A stretch of DNA of 64,000 bases, from contig MU053652.1 in NCBI GenBank assembly GCA_013239625.1, positions 6,997,902 to 7,061,901 of the forward strand, written 5' to 3'. Source of the DNA: Lama guanicoe. Its lineage: Eukaryota. This document shows, piece after piece, positions 50,780 to 61,947 of this stretch. The translations under genes and the position numbers were made by a program. Position 1 is the stretch's first letter, and every line of letters starts with the position of its first letter. The notes beneath the pieces were generated by a model, which was given only the letters and a program-made list of their open reading frames with translations, did no database searches and was not told where the DNA came from.

Positions 50780-53700
50780 AGTATTTTTTACTGAATTATA
50801 AGTTTTAGGATTAGTTTTGTTCTATTGCTTGAGTTTGTATAGTAGGAATCATTTTATATACATGCTTTATGTTCTCGCGGATCTTCTTTATCCATCACTT
50901 ACTCATTAATACCTTTCTTTCAATTATTTAAAAATTTTGCATATTTCATTTTGTACCTACCTTAAGGCATTATCCAAGGTATTTACTTGTTCTTTTTTGA
51001 ATTACAGTTTGAACTTATTTCCCAAATTTTATATTTTATTTTTAATTCTTTCATGAGTTATGTCAAATTACTTTAGAAATCTTCCTTTTCTGCAAACACC
51101 TCTTTTATCTTGTCTGTGTTCATCAAAATCTGACTGATTTATTCCTTACAGCTTTCATTGCCTTAAATTATTTCAGCTTATATTAGAAGACTATTTCATT
51201 ATTTGTACAAATCTATTCTGATCATTATCTTTTTAAATTTTAGATGTGACTTTACTCTAAGAATTTTATGTTGCTAGTATTTTAGCAAAATGCTTTCCAC
51301 ACTAATAATAGAGGAAGGTGGGCCAGCAAGGCCTTCCAATATTTATGATTTTGGATTCTCCTATTGGTACAGTAAACGATTAGAAAATGTAGTCTTAAGT
51401 ATCCTGGGCATCTGCCTCCTTTGTTCCCTTACGTATGTTTTTCTTTCCTTTGTTCCCATCCTTCTCAAGTCAGATTCCAGTCTCATCGGTATTTCCATAT
51501 TGAAGGCCCTGCTACTGGGAAAGAGCACCAGTTTGTTAGTTTGAGAGTTCACTTGTCCACTCTGACCCATAATAACTAACATTTCAGTGGTCCTTCTACA
51601 GTCATTCCTTAATAGAAACCTTGGCGCTCCCCTCTCAGTTTAGGCTACTTTCCTGAATTTGGCCCACTGCACTTCTCATGCTAACTGGGATTCTGGGCTG
51701 CATTTCTTGTCATTGATTAGATGCACGGGTTTTCCTGCTATAGAAGTCATTTCATTCCCTTTGCTTCCTCCTCCAGAGCTATTAATACCAAATGTGACAT
51801 ATCACTCTTGGTATTGCTTGACACATTTGTATTTTGGATTCTTGGGATTATAACATAATTTTTGTGGATACTGAATGTGAGTTCTTAAAATTTTGCTAGC
51901 CTACTCCTATGGGTGTTTTGGGGGAGGGGGGGTACTGGGGGGAGGTTGTCAGATATGTACCAGTACTGATATACCTTACTCAAAATGCTCTCAGTTTTTT
52001 TCTTTTGTCTGTACATTTGTTTATATTTTAATGCTGCCACATCAACATGCCCATCTCATTTTTTACTCTTTTTTAATATCGTTCATAATTTTCTTCTCAC
52101 CAACATCTGAGTTTACATTAAGGGGAGACGTTAGTATTGGAGAAAGGTAAACAGGAATAATAAGAGAATTCATCACTTTGGTATCTATATTCAAATCTTA
52201 ACCATTTCTTCCACAGTATATATAAAATATCAGAAGAGAAAGTATACAAGTGTATTTCCCCCTTAAAGACAGAAGATACGGCACTGGAGGGAAATGCTAT
52301 TTGCCCTTAACTTTCAAGAGCATATCAGGTAAGCCATTAAGGATACACCCATGTCTTCTGATTCCTCACTGTCCCTTACTGCTTTTGTGAAGCAAATGGT
52401 AGGCAAGGCAATTTATGACTTTGTTAAAAACTAACTGTACTCTTAAAATGTCCATTATAATATAGTGTATGTTTTAAAATACAAGTATACGTTTGCATTT
52501 TATTTCATGTTAAAATTTCATCTGAAGGAGCCAGTCACGAAACATTAAATATTTCATTGTACTTTAAAAAAAATAACACATTTGCTACAAATAATTTCTT
52601 AATATTTCATGTTGTAACATTCTATTCCTACTCACCAAAGCCAGGTGAGAGAGGAGCAAACTCTTTGATTTAAAAAGCATAGGAAACAAACTCCATTAAA
52701 CACAGTTCATAAGCAGATGTGACATTTCCATTGTTGAAGATATTTTCCTGATTTATAGAATCACCATGAATGAGGGTCACAAAAACACTTGCATTTACAG
52801 ACACCCTTGCAGGAAAGGTTAAGCCTTGTATAAAACAGTTCGTAATACTCAAGGTCCGAGGAAAGGAAAACGTGTTTGACACAGTGATATCTTTGTCATC
52901 TCTCTCAGCTGTGTTTCTCCCCTTGCTCATTAGTGATGTTTTGAACGTTCTGCAACCTGACCTCATCTCCTTCACGGGCAGTGGGACGTCTCTGAGGAGG
53001 CTTGTCATGTAATCAGATTAACAAGTATGATGTTTGTGGGGTTTACTTACATTATTAAGACAAATAATGTCTTAATTAAAAGACATTACACTTAGGGTCA
53101 AACTAGGAGCAAACGTTTGGTTAGAATCCACGCTGTGGCTCATCTGCATCAGATGAGAAGGAGACATACCTGAGATTCTATATCCCATACTGTTTTGGTG
53201 TTTCTATTTGTCATTTATTTGTGATTTCCCATACTGGTTTAGTAAATAAGATGACTGGATGTTTCCAATCATCCCTAATGGGAATAGGATGAAGTCTCCA
53301 GAAATTTTCATAAAATATATGAATAGAAATACCCTCGATGGTTCCATTAAATGTTGCCCGGCAATTCCCTAGCTAGTATCATCCTTAAACAAGAAGTACA
53401 ATAAATACACAATGATCATGTTTTATAATAAGCCACCAACGTAACTAGATCTGAATTAAAAATCAAAGCCAGAACTCTAAAGAGTTAGATAATATCCTTT
53501 GATTTATACGATACTTTCAAAACACTTCTTGATCAATTACTGTATCAAAACAAACTTGTAAGATAATGGAAGGAATCAGTATTCATGCCACACAAATGTG
53601 GAAACTCACGCACTGCAGTCACTTTGTGACCTTCAAAATGATCACCTTAGTGAAAATATAGCCCCAGTCTGTCCCCTCTACCACACTGCTAACTGATGTA

Positions 53701-55559
53701 AGTAATCACTGTCACACACCCTGAAGAGCAAGAGCATGTACCCTCGCAGGGGTCTGGCCCTTCTGTCCATCTAAATGTCTCTTTTTAATATTATCTGTGA
53801 ATCCCTCATGTTTTCTGATTGCATCATGATGGATCGCTAAGTGAGATAATCCGTTCTCCTTTTCTTTTCCTCAGAACATTTTATGAGTCTAGAGAATCAG
53901 AAAGCATTTTGCAACTGAATGTTTTGGCAAACAGAAGAGTGGAGAGTAAATTGCCTAATCAGACGAACAGAGGCTTGCAGGCTCAACACTAAAGTTCTAA
54001 TGACAGGGTCTCACTGGGGTCACTGATCCGATTATAGGCTGTTTTCCTAATCCACTGCCCAACTTACCTTTAACTCTGACTAAGCGAAACAGAGTCATGT
54101 TCTGACGGATTCTTTAGTTAGCTTCCTTTCTAGCTGCCCAAGTTGCAAGCCTTAGAATAGAAGACATTTTTGTACCACTCTGCTCAGAAATCGTAAGTAA
54201 AATAGGAGTGCCAGGGCAAGTTACAGGTTCCATGGGCATAAGCATGCGCTTGTCATGAAATCACCTCTTCCATCTTTTTCATTTAGACAGTTATCAAAAC
54301 TCTACCAACGGCAAAGCATATGTATAAAAGTAACAAAATTTCTCTGTTACTAGAGGTTGTTTTCACTTGCATGAGATTCAGGAAAGTGTCAACTTTGGGA
54401 AAAGATCTGAGAGAAAAGGTTATGTGACGTGCCTGAGAAGTGACACATGAACAACATCTGTATTTGTTCCTTCCAGGAGAGTTACGGTTTTATGTAATGA
54501 GAAGGCAGGATGATCCTCTTGATCCACGCATATACTGAGAAGTATGAATTTACTCTTTCTTTTTTTCAACACTTAAAGTTAGAGGCCAAACAGCATTACA
54601 TATAGTAGCCTGCATGTAACACAATGTACATACTTTATAACTATAGCTGACTGATCAGTCCTGGAAGTAAAACTATGAGCACAGGGTAGGGAGGTGAAAT
54701 CAGTCCATTTTAAGAGCACTAATTTGATTAAAGTAAAATGTTAATGTGAATAAAAAGTGAAGTTTTGTATTTCTACTTTTCCTTAATTGCCCTTTCATCT
54801 TTTTTTTTTTCTTTCAAAAATACATTTAGGTTACAAATAAAACGTAATGAAGAAGTACTTCACTGGGCATTGTATGGGCTGGTAAATTTGGAGCCTGGTT
54901 GCTACATACACAATGTGTAGTAGGTTATGGCACAAAATTTTCTAGTTCAGCACAGCTGTATTGGCTTCTATGGTCCCACTGTGGATTCTATTAAATCTTT
55001 TCTTTTTCAGACTGAGCCTCTGATATTCCCAATCATCAAAGCCTGATGGTATAATAATCATGAGTTACCTTCCTCTCAACCAGTACTTCTGCTCCTTTTA
55101 TCAAAATTTACCCACCATGCCACAGAATTAGTCTCTCCAAAAGTGATGACAGGCTATTCTGAGAACCATTCTGTCTTAATAGACTAAAGAAAAAAGACTA
55201 TGGCTGACATTTTACTTTGTCTCAGCCATTATTTCTTCTCTTAGGTCAATGACGTTCAATCTAGGTCATGCAAAGTCCTGGAAATGCACCAAGACTGGTA
55301 CGTAGACATGGACAATTTTAAGGGATTCAAATTCAGATGGTATTTCCTAAAACTAATACATCTAAAAAAGACTCTGAAGTTAGGCTTCATGCCATTTCTA
55401 CTTGTTTTAACTCCTTTTTCTACAATAGTCTTTCCTCCATTTTACAAAAAGAAAAAAAGAGTAGAAAGAGGACAGAGAGAGAAAGAGAGAAATTATCACC
55501 TTATCTCCAAAATTTTCCTACAGATACTATTTCATTTCCTTCTATGATATAACAAAACA

Positions 55560-55730
55560 TAACATATAGCAGAACAGTTAAGTTTTTGAACTTTTGGGTT
55601 AGACCTGGGTTCTAATCTTACTCATTCACTTACAGATTGTGTGATTTTATGCAAGTGACTCAACCTAGTAGTGTGCAAACAACATTACGTGAAAGATTTC
55701 TAAGGAGTAAAAGATTGCAATAGTTTTAGG
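55560..55730 (+). mobile_element. MIR SINE, degenerate
   Basis: ttagacctgggttctaatct...tgtgtgatttt..gcaagtgactcaacct. Confidence 0.65.
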
Positions 55731-55939
55731 ATAATTAATCTTCAGATCTCCAAGTTTCATGCTCTCTTTTCTGAAACTGATTTGCCTGAGAAAACACTAA
55801 AATCAGGATGTTACTCAATTTCTCCTTTTTAACCCTTTACATGCATACAGGGAAAACCCTTTGTATGAAAAAAAAAAGAGCATTGGTGAGAACTACTAAG
55901 ACCAGCAGAGCCTTCTATCATCTGGTGTACAACCTACTC

Positions 55940-57177
55940 AAGACAGAGTTTAGCTCTTGCCTATCCATTCATCTTAGAATTAGAATTCAGAATCTAGATG
56001 GCTTTATTTCAATTGAAAAATGAACTTAGACTTTTTCTTATAAGAAATAATTCTAATTTTTTGATTAGTTTGACAATGAGGACTGGTTGACAATGAGGAC
56101 TGGTTTTCTTGTTAGGATTTATGATGGACATTTTCCATAAACTGAATAAGCTAAGTCAGCAATTTCAACCTTCCTGAGTATCAGTTTAAACAAGGTAACT
56201 CTAGGTTAAATTAAGGTGTTGATGATTTTTGGTGAGGTATTTTATATGCTTTCCAGGAACTGAGGAAGTGGGTATTTCTACTTAGAGGGTATCATTTGAA
56301 AGTTAGATGGTATTGCAGTTTTCATCAAATAAACAAGACATAATTGAATCATCAGCTGACAGAGCATCAAAAATAATGATAAAGGACAATGATCTTTAAT
56401 TTTAAATTTAAAAGTTTATAAAAAAGTGTGACATGTCTGTAACAATATTCCCAATATGTAGAAAATATTTCCCACTATTACCATAAATGAATAATAGGAG
56501 TAGAATTAATTTTAAACCCTGTTTTATTATAACAATAAAAGAATCATTTTTAGATATATGAACTATGTGAAAAATATAGTCCCTCTTTCATTCATAGGAG
56601 CATTTATAATAAAAATTTTTCTTCATATTTAGTAATTACTTGTCAAATGTTTTACATATTTCTGTTGCTTTGATCAATTGCATCCTAATAGTAATTACAA
56701 ATATAACCTGATCTAGGAGAAAAATTTTAACATTTGGAATGTTAGAGTCATGGAAAATAGACATGTCTAATGTATAAATATAGTTTGCTGACAGAGAAGT
56801 ATGAATACTTTAGTATTTAACTAGTAAAAGAGACATGAGTCTACAAATACATTACCTCAGGATAAAATTCTCTAGGGCAAATGAAACGTAAATAAGGTTA
56901 AAGATTAAAAGACATGATATAAAATGCCTAAGGATTAAAGAAAAGCTTGCTAATGTAATTATTAAATAGCTGGTTGTGGATATTAAACTACTATGATACT
57001 CAGATTCTACTGAAATTTAAAATGCAAATATTTATGTAATTTTATAAATAAAAACTACACTCTTTATTTCTTTTCAAACATATAATGAATTTTTTAATTT
57101 GAAAATGTGAAAAGGGGCCCATACTTATTTTCAAAATACATCTTAGGAGTACGTAAGCAAAAAGCTTAAGATCACTG
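55940..57177 (+). mobile_element. hAT Charlie-like DNA transposon remnant with decayed transposase
   Basis: Decayed reading LKNELRLFL...FDNEDW...LGFMMDIFHKLNKLSQQFQ resembles the hAT transposase motif LAYLADIF..LN.LN..LQ; 3' terminus ggagtacgtaagcaaaaagcttaagatcactg. Confidence 0.75.
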
Positions 57178-57529
57178 GTTTAAGGAATGCGCATTTTCAT
57201 AAAGGCCTTCTGATCTTCCTAAGAGCTAATTCTCTTAACTAGTCTTTCTTATTTATATTTTAATTCCTAGCATCTAATAGAATGCCTACCAAAAATATTT
57301 TCCAAGAGAATGAATAATATTGCAAATACAAGATAGTTCTAAGTAAAACTGAGACTTCAGCAAATTACTTTTTGAAGCATCTTTATACCATTTACAATAT
57401 AACTTTCCTGTTCAACATTGGCTTCTAAGATACTGCCTGGAAATACAGTTTTCATTTAACATGGCTTAATGTGTTGCCCATCTCAGGGAAAGTTGCCTTT
57501 TACAAAGAGAATACTGAATTGCAATTTCA

Positions 57530-57780
57530 AGTCAACTCACCGAATACTTAAGCTCTTACCATACACTACGCATTTTGTTAGGGGCTGACAGTATGACAGT
57601 GAACAAGATAGTCATGGCCTTGCTCTGATGGAAATGACATTTTTGCAGAGAGGACAGGTGTTAAATCAGTAATGACAAGTATAATAATGATCACAAAGGC
57701 AGCGTACAAGTGAGCGTGGAAGCACAGAGCAAAGGGGTGTAACAAGGTCTATGAGACCAGAGATACACACACCACTGGAG
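57530..57780 (-). mobile_element. L2 fragment
   Basis: cagtgaacaagatagtcatggccttgctctgatggaa.tgaca. Confidence 0.6.
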
Positions 57781-58264
57781 AAACATGTCACAGCTACTTT
57801 GATTGCTTAAAGGTTAGAAATATATGTATCTGTACATAAGCACATTATTAAATAAGCTAACAAAATAATATATGCAAATGTATGTGTGTGTGAGGGTGAC
57901 GGTTGGCGCCCCTCCAAAATCAAGTGAACTGCTGAGTACTTAAGATGTTCAAAACCATGAACTAGACCCTTCTGGAAATAAAAAGCCAAATATATTTGAA
58001 ATCAATTTCTGTGCACTGGAATCTTAGGGATGAATAAACTTTACCTGAGGGATTTAGAAACTTTTACCTCTCAATGGGACATGTACCCATAGCTCCTGAG
58101 ACTCTAAAACACCCCCACATTGCCTAGAGTGTATAAATGTAACTTCAGTGAATATAAATATTTATTTAAAATCGTGAAGAACACCAAGCTGACTTTTAAT
58201 TCAACAATCTTTTTTCTTCCCCCTCCAATAGTTATTCCAGATTTTCTAACCACATTCAGGGCCC

Positions 58265-58440
58265 AGGACATTATAGTCAGACGGAGCCAGCTTTGATTTC
58301 CTGTTCTACCAATTCTGACTCTCTATGATCTTAAAAAGTCACTTAACCTCTCATCTGGATATCTTCAGCGCAAAATAAGATAATATTATCGAATTTATAG
58401 GATTATTTTATATCTTAAGGGAGATAACGAATGTCAATAC
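58265..58440 (+). mobile_element. MIR SINE
   Basis: agtcagac...tgatctt..aaaagtcacttaacctctc...caaaataagataat...ataggattatt. Confidence 0.65.
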
Positions 58441-60124
58441 ATCCATCATATAGTTGTAACTTATGTGAAACTTTTGTGAAATCTATTACCCTTTGGATCT
58501 CTTTTAATATTGACTATTTTCTACACTTACCTGAGCCTAAATCAATATGGTTTTACATTTTAATCCTGAAGTTTAAGAGCAAAATTAAAAGCCTTGCACA
58601 TGTTAAAAAGGTGTCAGAATTCAAGGTGTAGGCAGGCAGGTAGAAGAAATTTGGAGAAGGGCAGGAGGGTCTTACCTAGAACTTCGAAGCTCAAATCATA
58701 GAGATCATTGGTCTTTCTTGTTTACTTGTTTGTTTTTCTTTTTAAGTATAGTTGAGAGATCATTGTTTATCCTGCCATTTGGGAGACTATATTAACGTAT
58801 ACGATAGAGGTTATTCACATTGCCTCCCTAATAAGACACACTCATGAACACACACACATACATACACACACACATATCCATACATATATACAAAATTTGA
58901 GAGTGAACAGGGTTCAAACATTTGTTTTCAGTCCCACTGACCAGTTTTGCAAGATTCCCCTAATTTCTTTACAGCCTTGAGCAACTGAGGTAGTTTTATT
59001 TTCTTTCCTGGTTTATTAGTTATGTTTTATCACCTGAAATAGCTCTGGGGGAAAAATGATAGGGAGAACCTAATTTCTGGTAGTATAGTTTCCTTCTAAC
59101 TAAAATGAAACCTACTGCTCAAATCCCAGAGATTGCACAAACACAGAAACTTAATTTCCTGAGGTGACTCAATGCAGCCACTAATTCATTTTCAGGTCTG
59201 TAACAGAACAATGTAAAGAAGTTTTCCAGAAACTTTCAGTGACCCTCAAAAAAGTCAGCATGGTTGATGTGGAAAAAGCATTGCCCTTCTCATGAGATTT
59301 CAGTTACTTCTACTTTATGCTTTTTATTTATATAATTACTAGTAGGAAAGAAATGGTAGGACAATTTTTAGTCATGGCAAAAAGTAGCAGTAGTTTTAAA
59401 AAGTAGATTTTTTGCATGAAAACAGTAAGGTTTGCTGGATTTATGGGGAAATAGCTGGAGAACAGAGATACTATTTTTCTAAAGTATCAGCTGAAGCCCG
59501 TCTGTGTACCACTGTCTAGTGATGTCTTAATTCTCAACCTTATTATCTAAGGCTCTCAGCAAAGGTCATCAAACAAACAAACAAAGCCATTTGTTTGAGA
59601 TAGATTAGAAAAAATATGCATGAGTCACAGCCCAGTGCTCTCTGTTCAGAGGAGTAGAATATATAAATTCTTCTATAAATTATTATGTATTAAAGCAATA
59701 AAGTCACTCATCCTAGAAAATGTTTTCCTTCTTTTTCCCCATTTCTATTAAGCTTTCTCATCGCTTACTGAGTATTTCTTTTTCAAAGTAAAAAAGTCCC
59801 CTGCAAAGAAATGGCAAAATGATAAAGATTTTTTTCAATGAAAAAGAGAAAACAATTCAGATTTCTTGTTTTCATTTTCCAAGTATTTTTTAAAAGTAAA
59901 TATTGAATAAAAATCACACAGAAAGAGAAACTTTTAAAAGAGAAGCCTTAGTAATTGGGGGCACACAGATTCTTGGGTAGACCATGTTCCTTTAGTGTGG
60001 TTTAACATTCTTTCATGCACAATTCAGGAATTAGTCTCCTGAGGAGAATACCTGACGAGGACAGAAGTGAGACAGAGGCAACGGTGATTCTGACAAGAGC
60101 TGTATCAGTAGGTTTGTGAGGATG

Positions 60125-60479
60125 TGTATTAGTGAAAGAAGGTTAGGATGAGGTGTGGTAACAGATAAGGCCTCAAATATCAGTGGTTTAACAATAAAGG
60201 CTTATTTTTAAATATGCAATGTCCAGGGGTCTCACTGAACACCTTTCCAGCTTGGCAGCCCTCATTCACCTTGAAAAATGCCACTTTAAACAAATGGCTT
60301 GCAAGGTTATCACAGAAGAGAAACAGAGTGAGAGATCGCATGGTATATTGTTAAAGACCTGGCCTGGAAATTGTTTACCTAACTTCTAGGTACATTAGCC
60401 AAAACCCAATTACATGGTAAAGGAAGTTGGGAAATGTAGGAGGGAACATGAGTATCTGGTAAGCACAGTGTTTATCACA
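60125..60479 (-). mobile_element. MLT1-group LTR (MLT1J/K-like)
   Basis: tgtattagt.....aggttagg...ggtaacag...aatatcagtggtttaacaataaaggcttattt...gggaaatgtagg...tggtaagcac...caca. Confidence 0.75.
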
Positions 60480-61329
60480 GGATAAAAACCTAACATACTG
60501 CACTGGAGGGAGGATGAGAGGGGACAAAGTAGAGTGAATGAGTAAGAACAATGCAGATACCCTGCATCTCACAAAAGCCTTCCTTGATCGCCTCTTCCTT
60601 AAGGTACCAGCCCATTTCTCTGCTCTTCTGTATAAAATTTTTTGAGTTACCAACCAACATTGGCCCTGAAAAAAACTTTTCTGTGTCATGTGCCAAAGAC
60701 ATAATATTTGAACAAAACTGGCAAAAAAAAATATCTAAATACACTATAAATTATTTTTAAAATTAATCAAAGCAAAGTGTTTAATATTGATACTATTAAA
60801 TTATATAGTTTGGAAATGTCGCATCCTTAGCATTAACAGGCCAAGAACAGTCAATAAAATTTTCACTCTAGTATAATTAATGGTCCAAAAACCAGAAACT
60901 GCATGAAAGAAAACATAAAAGTACAGCAAAAATTTTGAGTGCAGCCTTTACTTCCAATAAAAACAAGGTCAATAAACAGAGAGAGAATTAATATTTATGT
61001 TTTTCTGTGTGTCAAGCACCTTAATACATTATTATATGAACTATATAATAACATTAATTATTTAGTATTAGACTCCTGTTTAACAGGTAAAATTTTGGCT
61101 CTAAGTTGAAATGCTAGTAAGAGCCATGTTTGGGGTCTAAATTCAGTTTCTGATTTCAAAGTCATGTTCTTTCTACCCCTTGATAAGTTCTGTTTAAAGC
61201 TCCAATAAATCATGGTGTACATATATTCCATTCTAAAATTCTAAGATCAAAAGCTTCTATAAAATTGCTTTTGAGAAATAAAAAATCAGATTAGTTCTAA
61301 TAATTACTGCCAATTTAAATTCCAGTCTT

Positions 61330-61930
61330 ATATCAAGTAGCTGCTTTCAGAATATCTCCACTTGGATATCTTACATGACATCAAACTCAACATATCCAAA
61401 ACTAATTTTCCCTCTTAAAAGCTACTCTTTCCCCATGATTCTCTCTTTACCATGGCATCACTTGATATTGACCTATCACCAAGTTGTCCATTATTCTTAT
61501 ACACATATTTTCTCTGCCAGTTTAAAACTCCTTGAAAAAAGGACTCCATGTCTTCTTTATCTTTTTATGTCCATTACCTCTGTCATTACCTTGTTTATAA
61601 CAGGTGTACAATGTTTGCTAATGCCACTAATGAAAATTCACTCTTTTCTTTTTCACCACCTCCACTACCCAAATCTAAGGCCCCATAAGTTGGTTACTGT
61701 CACAGCTCCCTAACTGGCCTCCTGGCTCCCATTAGGTCCCCTTATAATTAATCCTACAGACAATATACTGCAGCCAAGAAAAAAAATAAAATTCTACTTG
61801 ATCACATCAATTATTTTTCCCAAATTCTACAGCAGAATTCTATTGATTATTAATTTAGATGAAACCTCTTGACATACAAAACCATCCCTAACCTAACTTA
61901 CCTTTGTCTCTCAACTAAAGAGCATGCAGC
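61330..61930 (+). mobile_element. L2 fragments
   Basis: atatctccacttggatatct...catcaaactcaacatatccaaaact; cagctccctaactggcctcct. Confidence 0.7.
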
Positions 61931-61947
61931 ATTTTAAACACAGGGGT

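Noticed and set aside
52670..53008. 112-aa minus-strand ORF (and overlapping 80-aa + ORF) in unique DNA
   Set aside because: No recognisable domain or gene structure; length is within chance expectation. A BLASTP/PhyloCSF test would be needed to rescue it.
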